This document shows positions 9,499-17,849 of a stretch of DNA of 64,000 bases, in pieces; positions within the stretch are counted from its first letter, which is position 1; each line of letters opens with the position of its first letter. Where the stretch lies: positions 50,292 to 114,291 of the forward strand of contig DATLUO010000081.1 of assembly GCA_035533075.1 (NCBI GenBank), given 5' to 3'. Origin of the DNA: Pirellulales bacterium. Lineage in GTDB: Bacteria > Planctomycetota > Planctomycetia > Pirellulales > JAICIG01. A program made the position numbers and the translations under genes. The notes under the pieces were generated by a model. That model ran no database searches and had not been told where the DNA came from. It was given only the letters and a program-made list of their open reading frames with translations.

Positions 9499-9753
9499 AT
9501 GACTGAGCTGAGTCGCGAATTGCAGCAGGCCCTCGATAGTCAGGCGGACGCACCGCCGCGGCTCGTCGATCCGCGCACGAAGAAAGCCTACGTGCTTCTG
9601 GCCGCTGAGCAGTACGAGCGGATCAGGGCGCTTTTGGAGCAGGACGACGATCTGAGCCACACGTATCCGGCGCAGATGGAGGCCGCGATGCGTGCCGGCT
9701 GGGGCGATGCGTCGATGGATGACTACGACCGTTACGATGATCTGCGCGGCTAA
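9499..9753 (+). CDS. Putative antitoxin of a MazF/PemK-type module (family unassigned)
   Basis: 84 aa. Ends 2 nt before the toxin start. Its acidic C-terminus SMDDYDRYDDL resembles that of the second antitoxin at 46260-46496 (SMDIYDEYD). Confidence 0.6.
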   Translation: MTELSRELQQALDSQADAPPRLVDPRTKKAYVLLAAEQYERIRALLEQDDDLSHTYPAQMEAAMRAGWGDASMDDYDRYDDLRG

Positions 9754-9755
9754 CG

Positions 9756-10133
9756 ATGTCTCTCTCCCGTGGTGACATTGTTCTGGCGGAACTGCCCTAC
9801 GTTCTGGCGGAACTGCCCTACAGTGATCGCAGCGGGGTGAAAGTGCGGCCGGCACTTGTCGTGCAAAACGACCTCAACAATCGCCGCCTCCAGGACGTCA
9901 TTCTCGCGCTCATCACCAGCACGACGCGCCGCGCCTCGCTGGAACCGACCCTGCTTTTGATCGACATCACGGCCCCCGATGGCAAACAGGCCGGGCTTCT
10001 ACACACCTCCGCCATCAAGTGCGAACACCTGATCACGCTGCATCAGCGATTCGTCAAGCGCGTCATCGGCCGCCTGCCGCGGGCAGTCATGCAGCAGGTC
10101 GACGGTTGCCTCAAGGTTTCGCTTGGCATTTAA
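9756..10133 (+). CDS. MazF/PemK-family endoribonuclease toxin carrying an internal 7-aa tandem duplication
   Basis: RGDIVLAELPY...VKVRPALVVQND...ITS...IKCEHL is a PemK-like pattern. Paralog at 45913-46263. Contains the 21-bp tandem duplication at 9780-9821. Confidence 0.75.
   Translation: MSLSRGDIVLAELPYVLAELPYSDRSGVKVRPALVVQNDLNNRRLQDVILALITSTTRRASLEPTLLLIDITAPDGKQAGLLHTSAIKCEHLITLHQRFVKRVIGRLPRAVMQQVDGCLKVSLGI
9780..9821 (+). repeat. Perfect 21-bp tandem duplication (2 copies) inside the mazF-like gene
   Basis: gttctggcggaactgccctac occurs at 9780-9800 and again at 9801-9821. It is in frame and duplicates VLAELPY. Confidence 0.95.
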
Positions 10134-10142
10134 TCGCTTTCC

Positions 10143-10208
10143 CCAAGTCTCGGCGTTGATCGCCAGTCGTTGGAGAATCGGCCGCAAGTCCTCAGGAATC
10201 GCGGCGCT
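10143..10208 (-). other. Possible relic of a transposase-like C-terminal segment (no intact gene)
   Basis: Minus-strand translation is SAAIPEDLRPILQRLAINAETW. From memory, this ILERL-x-I-x(4)-W type motif occurs in C-terminal regions of IS200/REP-associated Y1 transposase-like proteins. No catalytic domain is present. Confidence 0.2.
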
Positions 10209-10495
10209 TATCCGAGCGGATCTGCCGCCCAGTGCAATCGAGCAAGGCCAGCTAATCGTCGAGCGACAGCGGCAAGAAGCCGCGGTCCGACGCTCGTGCG
10301 GCCGGGCATTTAGGCATAGCGTCGCCCGCAGATTGCGCTGCATTGCTGTCCCGGACGGACTTAACCATCCGTCTCGCGCAGTGTCGGGGGGTAGAGGCTT
10401 CGCGGCAAAACGTCTCATTCTCGGCTGCGTGAACTATAAATCCGTCTGGCCGTCAGGCCTGGGCACGCTTCCGCGGCATCGTGGGGCGTACGGAC

Positions 10496-12145
10496 CTACC
10501 GATGCGCCACTTGAAAGCGCGCCTCCCGCAAGGCCTGGTCGAGAGCATCGTCGGCCGGGGCCGGGGCGGTCTGCTCGGTGTCGTCGTCGTAGTTCGGACG
10601 CGCCACGCGATGGGCCACCGGCACGTCGGGTTTCACGCCGATCCCGCTATAGGGATAGCCCTTCGGCGAATAGAACTTGGCCGTGGTCAACCGCAGACCG
10701 CTGTTGGCCAGGTTGAGCGGAAAGATGCCCTGCACCGAGCCTTTGCCGTAGCTCGTGGCGCCCACGATGCGGCCGCGGCGGAAGTCGCGGATGGCACCGG
10801 CGAAAATCTCGCTGGCGCTGGCGCTGTCGCCGTCGATCAGCACGACCAGCGGCACCCGCCAGGTCCCGGCCTCTCGCGCCGAATAGGTGTAGTCTTCCTG
10901 GCGGCTGCGGCCGCGCGTCGAGACGATCGTGCCGCGATCGACGAACTTGTCGACCACTTCCACGGCCGTGTTCAGCAGCCCGCCCGGATTGCCCCGCAGG
11001 TCGACGATCAGCGTCTTCATGCCCTGACGGTGCAGCCGCCACAGGGCGGCGTCGAGATCGCGGGTGGTCGTTTTCTGGAAGCAGGTGAGCTTGACGTAGG
11101 CCACGCCGTAGCCGGCGTCGAGGATGCGGGCTTCGTCGATGCTGGGCACTTCCACGTGCTCGCGGCGAACCCGCAGTTGCCGCGGCTGCTGGCCCGATGT
11201 GAGGGCCGTCACCAACACGTGCGAGCCTTCTTTGCCTTGCAGCAGGTTGGCGGCCTGGTCGGTGGTCAGGTCGGTGGTCGAACGGCCGTCGACCGCGATG
11301 ATGCGGTCGCCCGCCACAATGCCGGCCCGCTGTGCCGGGCTGCCGGAAATCACCTTGACGATCAGCAAGGCCCCTTGGTCCGATTTCAATTCGACGCCCA
11401 GGCCCACAAAGTTGCCTTCGATCTGCGAATAGACTTCGTTGAGCTGCGACGAGGTGAGGAAGGCCGAATAGGGATCGAGCGAGTTGGTGGCCCCGCAGAC
11501 GTATTCGTGGATGCAGGCCGATTCCGCCAGGCCCAGCTCGTCGTGGCAGATCCGCGCGGCCAACGCAGCGACTTCGCTGGCGGCGTGACGGTTGTTGACG
11601 TGGACGGTGGTCGCCCGGCCGGGCAGCGCGCGGCGCAACTGGTCGACCTTGGCGGTGCTTACGCCGGGCAAGTTCGCTTCCAGGAACAACGGGTCGGCCA
11701 GGGCCACTTGCAGGCTGGTATGGCCGAAGTCGGCCAAGCGGCGCCAATCGGGCGTGTCGACGTAATGGGCCTGGATTTTCAGCAGCACCTCGGAATACAG
11801 GTCGAGGGCCTGCCGCGGCGAGAGGGCGGTGATAGTCTCGCGAAAGTTACGGTCGCCGTAGCGCCGCGCCAAGTCGTAGTGAATGCGGCAGAGTTGCAGC
11901 CGCTGCTCGATGTGACGGACCGCCGGGTATTGCCGGTGGCCGTCTTCGTAGAGCGTGAGCGCCTCGCCCCAGCGGCGCTCGCTTTCGAGTCGCTGACCGC
12001 GGCTGAGCAACTCATCGACGTCGGTCTGCGATGCGGCGACCGGCGTGGTGGTGGCCGCGGTCTGCTGGGCCGCGAGCGGTAGGGGAAACGAAAACAGAAC
12101 CGCCAGGCAGCAGGCCCAGGCGCCGACAAAGACCCTTAATCGCAT
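10496..12145 (-). CDS. S41-family C-terminal processing peptidase (Ctp/Prc-like) with N-terminal TPR-like region and PDZ domain
   Basis: Signal peptide MRLRVFVGAWACCLAVLFSFPLPLAAQ. PDZ segment GVELKSDQGALLIVKVISGSPAQRAGIVAGDRIIAVDG. S41 core LVVLIDGDSASASEIFAGAIRD. Confidence 0.9.
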   Translation of the reverse strand: MRLRVFVGAWACCLAVLFSFPLPLAAQQTAATTTPVAASQTDVDELLSRGQRLESERRWGEALTLYEDGHRQYPAVRHIEQRLQLCRIHYDLARRYGDRNFRETITALSPRQALDLYSEVLLKIQAHYVDTPDWRRLADFGHTSLQVALADPLFLEANLPGVSTAKVDQLRRALPGRATTVHVNNRHAASEVAALAARICHDELGLAESACIHEYVCGATNSLDPYSAFLTSSQLNEVYSQIEGNFVGLGVELKSDQGALLIVKVISGSPAQRAGIVAGDRIIAVDGRSTTDLTTDQAANLLQGKEGSHVLVTALTSGQQPRQLRVRREHVEVPSIDEARILDAGYGVAYVKLTCFQKTTTRDLDAALWRLHRQGMKTLIVDLRGNPGGLLNTAVEVVDKFVDRGTIVSTRGRSRQEDYTYSAREAGTWRVPLVVLIDGDSASASEIFAGAIRDFRRGRIVGATSYGKGSVQGIFPLNLANSGLRLTTAKFYSPKGYPYSGIGVKPDVPVAHRVARPNYDDDTEQTAPAPADDALDQALREARFQVAHR

Positions 12146-12746
12146 GGTGTCTCGCATCTCTCGGGGTGTGACAAACGCCAACCGAAGCGTGCGCTACAGG
12201 GCCTCTGGCCCGGCGAGGGCCATTGCCCGCAGCATTGCGGCGGGAACCGTTTCTTACGGTCTGGGGATGTCAAAGGGTAAAAGCAGGTTGCCGAGAAGCG
12301 GGTCCAGAATCTCGGCTAAGAGAGTATAGTCCACGAATACGCGGCCGTCAAAAGGCTGCCAAAAAAAGACAGGCCAACCCGCACGCACGCACGGAAAAAA
12401 CGCTGAATCGCCACCCGCCCGTGAGGGTCGTAATGGACATGACGATGGGAAGGGTGGCGGAATTCGTGAGAATTCCGGCGCAGCCTCGATCTTCATCGGG
12501 CACGACCTTTCTCTAAGGGACGAACGCAATTTCTGAATCTGGTGCGGGTTGACCCGCGAGGGCGTGCGCTCATCCCGGAGCAAGAAGTGCTTTTCGCGGC
12601 CATTGTTGACCGCTTCCATGAAAGTCGCCCGTCTACCACCCTTACGCGGCGCGGCGGAAGGTGGTTCGCAGACTGGCAGAATCCACCCGGATTCGCGACA
12701 ATGATTTCGGTGGGCGGCGCGAATCCAGGCAATCGAAGAAAGGAGA

Positions 12747-13064
12747 ATGGCGATGTTGCGATACGTGTTTGCGGCCGTTGTGTTGCTGGCGGCGATCGAG
12801 GGCGAGACATGCGCGGCGGACCGCTTCGCACGGGCCATCGCCGGGCCGCCCTTGCCCGCCGCTTTCGCCGGCCGCTATGGCTACGGTCCCGGCTGGGCCT
12901 ATAGCGCCTATTACGGCGGCCCGGTCTATTACTACTATGCCAACCCCAACGCCAGGCTCCCGCCGGCGCCGAGTTATCCGACCTGGCCAAGCTACGGCTT
13001 CGTCTACTCGAATCTTTACCCGCGCGGGGTCTATAACTATGGCTGGTACACGTTTCGCTACTAA
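12747..13064 (+). CDS. Small secreted Tyr/Gly/Pro-rich protein (105 aa), unknown function
   Basis: RBS aaaggagaatggcg-ATG. Signal peptide MAMLRYVFAAVVLLAAIEGETCAA. The mature part is about one quarter aromatic (YGYGPGWAYSAYYGGPVYYYYANP). Resembles 586-885. Confidence 0.55.
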   Translation: MAMLRYVFAAVVLLAAIEGETCAADRFARAIAGPPLPAAFAGRYGYGPGWAYSAYYGGPVYYYYANPNARLPPAPSYPTWPSYGFVYSNLYPRGVYNYGWYTFRY

Positions 13065-13098
13065 AACGGCGTTTGGCGTTGGGGCACAGGAGACGATC

Positions 13099-13554
13099 AT
13101 GAATCTTGACGAAATCGCGCAACAGGCGGCCATCGAACATGAAATGCTCAAGCACATCGCAGCCGCGCTGCGGGCCACCATGCAGTGGAAGCTGAGCGGC
13201 GACGACGTCTCGCGCAAGCTGGGAAGCCTGCGGTTCATCTCCCAGTCGTTCCAGCGTCATCTGGAGCACGTGATGACGCTGGAAGAATACGACGGCTATA
13301 TGAACGTGGTCACGGAATCGTATCCGGAGCTGACCGAGCGGACCGAAAAACTGCGTCTCGATCACGACCGCTTTCGCGACGCCATCGGCCGCCTCAACTA
13401 CCGGCTGGAGCGCGTTTCGCCCGCCGACGTGGCCGCCTTCGAAGAGACCTGCACGGCACTCAACGAGTTGCTGGAAGAGATCAACGACCACAACCAGCGC
13501 GAAACCGCTCTGATCCAGGAAGCGTTTTGCGACGACGTGGGGGGCGAAGGCTGA
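13099..13554 (+). CDS. Hemerythrin-like (HHE cation-binding type) helical protein
   Basis: ATG at 13099 follows caggagacg. His/Glu pairs recur on helices: IEHEML, QRHLEHVMTLEE, LDHDRF, NDHNQRETALIQE. Confidence 0.5.
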   Translation: MNLDEIAQQAAIEHEMLKHIAAALRATMQWKLSGDDVSRKLGSLRFISQSFQRHLEHVMTLEEYDGYMNVVTESYPELTERTEKLRLDHDRFRDAIGRLNYRLERVSPADVAAFEETCTALNELLEEINDHNQRETALIQEAFCDDVGGEG

Positions 13555-13586
13555 GCGCAAATGGCCATTGTTTCGGCGATTCTCGC

Positions 13587-14621
13587 ATGATCGAGGCGAC
13601 GCTTGCCCGTGTGGCTGCCGGACACGATCTGTCGATGGACGAGATGGCCGCTGCCGTCGATGGCATCATGCGCGGCCTGTGGCCCGAGTCGAGCATTGCC
13701 GAGTTGCTGCTCGGCCTGCGCGGCAAGGGAGAAACGGTCGACGAGATCGCCGGCGCCGCGGCGGCCATGCGCCGGCACATGACGCCCATCCGTAGCGGGC
13801 GGGAGGCGATTGTCGATACCTGCGGCACCGGCGGCAACGCGTCGGGCATCTTCAACGTGAGCACGACGGCGGCCTTGGTGGCGGCCGCCGCGGGCGCCTC
13901 CGTGGCCAAGCATGGCAACCGGCGCGTCACGAGCAAGAGCGGCTCGGCCGACGTGCTGGCCGAGTTGGGCCTGAATTTGGCGGCCGACGTCGATTGCGTC
14001 ACCGCTTGTCTCGACGAGCTGGGCCTCTGTTTTTGTTTCGCGCCGCTGTGCCATGCGGCCATGAAGCACGTGGCTCCGGTGAGGCAGCGGCTGGGCGTGC
14101 CGACGATTTTCAACTTGCTTGGCCCGCTGACGAACCCCGCCGGTGCGCCGCATCAGCTTCTCGGCGTGGGCCGTGACGAATTGCGGCCCTTGCTGGCGGC
14201 AGCTCTCAGCCGTTTGGGCACGAAGCGCTCCGCGGTAGTGCATGGCGCCGACGGTTTGGGCGAGATCACAGTGGCGGCCGAAACGCGCGTCACGCTGGTC
14301 GATGATGGCCGGCTGACGGAGCTCGTTTGGACGCCGGCCGATTTCGGCCTGGCGGTTTCCTCGCTCGACGCGCTGCGTGTGGACGGGCCTGTGGAGAGTG
14401 CCCGATTGGTGCGGGCGGTCTTGTCGGGCGAAGCGGGTGCCGCGCGAGACATCGTGCTGCTGAACGCCGCCGCGGTGCTTTGGCTTTGCGGTCGGGCGGG
14501 CGATCTCGTCGGCGCCGCGCGCTTGGCCGGAGCGGCGATCGACTCCGGTGCGGCCGCGGAGCTTTTGCGGCGTTTGGTCGAGCGATCCGACCGGCCCGGC
14601 GGTGGCGAGCGGGAGGCGTAG
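13587..14621 (+). CDS. trpD: Anthranilate phosphoribosyltransferase
   Basis: VDTCGTGGNASGIFNVSTTAALVAAAAGASVAKHGNRRVTSKSGSADVLAELG is the TrpD signature. Start is taken at MIEATLARV; the upstream ORF extension overlaps the hemerythrin-like gene. Confidence 0.9.
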   Translation: MIEATLARVAAGHDLSMDEMAAAVDGIMRGLWPESSIAELLLGLRGKGETVDEIAGAAAAMRRHMTPIRSGREAIVDTCGTGGNASGIFNVSTTAALVAAAAGASVAKHGNRRVTSKSGSADVLAELGLNLAADVDCVTACLDELGLCFCFAPLCHAAMKHVAPVRQRLGVPTIFNLLGPLTNPAGAPHQLLGVGRDELRPLLAAALSRLGTKRSAVVHGADGLGEITVAAETRVTLVDDGRLTELVWTPADFGLAVSSLDALRVDGPVESARLVRAVLSGEAGAARDIVLLNAAAVLWLCGRAGDLVGAARLAGAAIDSGAAAELLRRLVERSDRPGGGEREA

Positions 14622-14643
14622 TAACCTTGCCGTAGTATCTGAA

Positions 14644-15084
14644 TTAGCTAGTGCTCTCGGGAAACCCGAATGCCGCTGGAGTCAGGCCGAAGTACCCGGC
14701 GAGGCGCCCGATTTGGTCACGGTTCAACTGCCGCTTGCGGTGCAACACCGCCGACAAGGTCGTGTTGACGATCCCGGTGGCCGCTGCGAGCTCCCATTGC
14801 GTCATGCCGCGCGACTCCATCAGGAACCGCAACATGTCGGCGTCGGGAACCGGTTCCACGGGGTCGGTGGCATTCTCGTATTTTTCCACCAAATCGGTCA
14901 GCACGTCCAGGTAGTCCTGCTCCGCGCGCGTCAGCTTGGCGCGGTCCAAGAGCGAGTCGAGCATTTTTATGGCGCGGTTCAACTCGCGACCGTTGCGGAT
15001 GGGCCGTAGCGGAAGCGCCGTCACGAGCTCGATGTAGGTGTCGTGGTCGAAGCCCGTCATGCTCACTGGCATCCTCCTTTCCAT
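14644..15084 (-). CDS. higA: HigA-type antitoxin / XRE-family HTH protein
   Basis: C-terminal HTH MTQWELAAATGIVNTTLSAVLHRKRQLNRDQIGRLAGYFGL. It sits immediately downstream of, and overlaps, a HigB-like reading frame. The exact start is uncertain (ATG at 15084, 15072 or 15060). Confidence 0.75.
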   Translation of the reverse strand: MERRMPVSMTGFDHDTYIELVTALPLRPIRNGRELNRAIKMLDSLLDRAKLTRAEQDYLDVLTDLVEKYENATDPVEPVPDADMLRFLMESRGMTQWELAAATGIVNTTLSAVLHRKRQLNRDQIGRLAGYFGLTPAAFGFPESTS

Positions 15085-15275
15085 CGCTCGCGGTCATAGG
15101 CGGCGTGCGTCAAGACGTTTCGCACATAGACCACCGCCGTATTATAGTGAATCGCGGCAATCAGCCGGTATTTATCGCCGCCAATGTTGAAGCCCTTGAC
15201 CCCTGCCGCAAGTCGTTTAGACTGAACCTCTTTGGGCAACGCTGGCGGCGTCTGCCGCTGCGCGCTTGTGGATGT
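15063..15275 (-). pseudogene. higB: 5'-truncated HigB-type (RelE/ParE superfamily) toxin remnant
   Basis: My own translation of the minus strand gives ...PKEVQSKRLAAGVKGFNIGGDKYRLIAAIHYNTAVVYVRNVLTHAAYDRERWKGGCQ*. This matches the C-terminal half of HigB toxins (NIxGNKYRLIxxIxY...VYIxxVxTHxEYD). The frame is closed by a stop at 15276-15278, has no ATG, and lacks the N-terminal ~40 aa. purA starts at 15297. Confidence 0.6.
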
Positions 15276-15296
15276 TCAAAAAGTAAGGATTGAGAC

Positions 15297-16637
15297 GTGC
15301 CCGGTACTTGTGTCATCGGTTTGCAATGGGGCGACGAAGCCAAGGGCAAAATCGTCGACCTCTTGACCGAGGACCACGACGTCGTCGTCCGCTATCAAGG
15401 CGGAGCCAACGCCGGCCATACCGTCGTCACCGGCGGACAAACCTATAAGCTCTCGCTGATTCCCAGCGGCATCCTGCGGCCCGACGTGCAGTGCGTCATC
15501 ACCGGCGGCGTCGTGCTCAATCCGCCGAGCATCCTGAGCGAAATCGACGGACTCCGGGCACGCGGCATCGAAGTCGGCAAAAACCTGGTCATCAGCGACC
15601 GGGCACACGTCATCTTTCCCTGGCACCTGGTCGAAGACCGGCTGACCGAAGGAAGTGCCCGAAACGGCGAGGCCATCGGCACGACCATGCGAGGCATCGG
15701 CCCTTGCTATCGCGACAAGGTGGGACGCACCGACGCCATTCGCCTGGGCGATCTTTACCGAGCGTCGATTCGCGAGCGGATCGAGCACGTGGTGGCCCAC
15801 AAGAACATGATAATCGCCGCCATGGCGTGCGACGCGACTGCCGCGGTTGAACGGCTCGACGCCGCCCGGATTCACGCCGAATATCAGGGCTATGCCGAAC
15901 GCCTCAAGCCACACGTGGCCGATACCACCGCGCTTTTGCTGGATGCCTTGGAGGACGGCGAGCGAGTGCTGTTCGAAGGCGCCCAGGGCGCGTTGCTCGA
16001 CGTGGATCACGGCACGTTTCCTTACGTGACCAGCAGCAACAGTTCGGGCGTGGGAATCGCCTCCGGTTCCGGCGTGCCGGGCCGATATCTGAATAAGATC
16101 ATCGGCGTGGTGAAGGCCTACGGCACGCGCGTGGGCGGCGGGCCGTTTCCCACCGAGCAAGACAACGCGCTGGGGCAGCACCTTCGCGACCGCGGCAACG
16201 AATATGGCACGGTCACCCGCCGGCCCCGACGCTGCGGCTGGTTCGACGCCGTGGCCGTGCGATATACTGCCCGCCTGAGCGGCGTCGATACCTTGGCCGT
16301 AATGCTGCTCGACGTGCTCAGCGAGCTCGACGAAATCAAGATCTGCACGGCCTACCGGGTGGGTGGCCGGCGGGTCTCTGTGTTTCCCAGCCACGTCGAA
16401 GACTTGCGTCAGGCCGAGCCGGTCTATGAGACGCTGCCGGGCTGGAAGCAAGAGGTCAGCGAGGCCCGTTCGATGGCCGACCTGCCCGATAACGCACGGA
16501 AGTACCTGGCTTTCCTCAGCAAGGTGATCGGCCGGCCGGTCGAGATTGTCTCGGTCGGGCCGGACCGGGAACAGACCGTCCTGGCCGATCCGCGGAGCAC
16601 GACGAGTGGCGAACGCCTTTACCAGCCCCAGTCTTGA
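15297..16637 (+). CDS. purA: Adenylosuccinate synthetase
   Basis: GLQWGDEAKGKIVDLL P-loop, GTTMRGIGPCYRDK, full length 446 aa. GTG start. Confidence 0.95.
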   Translation: MPGTCVIGLQWGDEAKGKIVDLLTEDHDVVVRYQGGANAGHTVVTGGQTYKLSLIPSGILRPDVQCVITGGVVLNPPSILSEIDGLRARGIEVGKNLVISDRAHVIFPWHLVEDRLTEGSARNGEAIGTTMRGIGPCYRDKVGRTDAIRLGDLYRASIRERIEHVVAHKNMIIAAMACDATAAVERLDAARIHAEYQGYAERLKPHVADTTALLLDALEDGERVLFEGAQGALLDVDHGTFPYVTSSNSSGVGIASGSGVPGRYLNKIIGVVKAYGTRVGGGPFPTEQDNALGQHLRDRGNEYGTVTRRPRRCGWFDAVAVRYTARLSGVDTLAVMLLDVLSELDEIKICTAYRVGGRRVSVFPSHVEDLRQAEPVYETLPGWKQEVSEARSMADLPDNARKYLAFLSKVIGRPVEIVSVGPDREQTVLADPRSTTSGERLYQPQS

Positions 16638-16647
16638 TCTGGCCGAC

Positions 16648-17364
16648 GTGCCGCTGGACAAGCGTCCGCGGCACATCGCCATCATCATGGACGGCAACGG
16701 ACGATGGGCACAACGTCGCGGCCTGCCGCGCATCGAAGGGCACCGCCGCGGTGTGGCCAGCGTGCGTTGCGTCAGCGAAGAATGTGCCCGGCTGGGCGTC
16801 GAGCAGCTCACGCTCTACTGCCTCTCCAGCGAGAACTGGAAGCGGCCGAAGCGCGAACTCGATCTGTTGATGCACCTGCTGGAGCAGTACCTAATCGAGG
16901 AACGCACGACGCTCATCAACGAAAACATCCGGCTGAGCGTGATCGGCCGCCGCGACGGCCTGCCCGACAGCGTGTTATGCGAGATGGACAAGACGGTCGA
17001 GTTGAGCCGTCACCACGGCGGCCTGCAGCTTTGCCTGGCGATCAACTACGGCGGTCGTGCGGAGATGGTCGATGCGGTGCGTTCGATCGCCCAGGCCGCG
17101 CGGGCCGGCACGCTGGACGCCGACGACGTGGATGAAACGACGATCGCCGATCATCTTTACACGGCCGGCATGTCGGACCCCGACCTGTTGATTCGCACGG
17201 CGGGCGAGATGCGGATCAGCAATTTTTTGCTCTGGCAGATCAGCTATGCGGAGCTGTGGGTGACGGAGCACTGCTGGCCGGAGTTCCGCGAGTCGGATTT
17301 GCACGCGGCGATCCGCGATTTTGCGGCACGGGACCGCAGGTTTGGCGGGCTGAGCTTGGAGTAG
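16648..17364 (+). CDS. uppS: Undecaprenyl-diphosphate synthase (isoprenyl transferase)
   Basis: PRHIAIIMDGNGRWAQRRGLPRIEGHRRG and RTAGEMRISNFLLWQISYAELW. The ORF is open from 16546 but that stretch overlaps purA. The GTG at 16648 gives the usual short N-terminus. Confidence 0.9.
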   Translation: MPLDKRPRHIAIIMDGNGRWAQRRGLPRIEGHRRGVASVRCVSEECARLGVEQLTLYCLSSENWKRPKRELDLLMHLLEQYLIEERTTLINENIRLSVIGRRDGLPDSVLCEMDKTVELSRHHGGLQLCLAINYGGRAEMVDAVRSIAQAARAGTLDADDVDETTIADHLYTAGMSDPDLLIRTAGEMRISNFLLWQISYAELWVTEHCWPEFRESDLHAAIRDFAARDRRFGGLSLE

Positions 17365-17496
17365 TCAGCCATGTCGGTTGATGCGGTGGCGATTCGGTAT
17401 CGCCCCCTCGGGAACCAACCGGCGAAGGGTCATGCGCGAGACGTCGCTCCGGCTGCATAGCTCGCTGGCTGTGATGAGGTTCGCGGAATCACTCAT
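17365..17496 (-). CDS. Possible small AlpA/excisionase-like HTH protein (43 aa from the internal Met; ORF open to 17661)
   Basis: MSDSANLITASELCSRSDVSRMTLRRLVPEGAIP fits the HTH_17/Xis pattern (LT..E.a..lgvSr.TlyRl...G.iP). Its stop abuts the uppS stop. The upstream part of the ORF looks like an unrelated TM segment. Confidence 0.3.
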   Translation of the reverse strand: MSDSANLITASELCSRSDVSRMTLRRLVPEGAIPNRHRINRHG

Positions 17497-17849
17497 CCGG
17501 CACCGGCGCGGCCTTGCGGGGGACTGTTGGACGGCGATGCCGCCGAGACAGCAAGCGACCGCCAGAATGGCCACAAGCAACGCTCGCAAGCTGAACCGAA
17601 AACCGTCGGGGCATGGGTCAATCGTTAGGTCCGCAAAGCCTTTCTGGTAAAGTCCTTGCACCGACAGCGAATTGCCCCGAAAAGACCGGCTTGACGCAAG
17701 CCTAGTGGCCGCTAGACTTTAAGCGGCGCTGGACTTGCCCAGATTGCGCAATTTGCGAACGTTTCGCCTGCTTGGCTGGTCCAGTGGTGCCCAGCTGACC
17801 GAAGTAGATGAAGGGAGTCGGTGCGCGCCCTTGGAACCTCTGTGATCGT

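Noticed and set aside
10481-12082. 533-aa ORF on the plus strand
   Set aside because: Antisense to the S41 peptidase gene, which has clear PDZ and S41 motifs.
15276-16811. 511-aa ORF on the minus strand
   Set aside because: It is entirely antisense to purA/uppS and has an Arg/Ala/Gly/His-rich composition with no motifs. This is a typical shadow ORF of a high-GC coding region.
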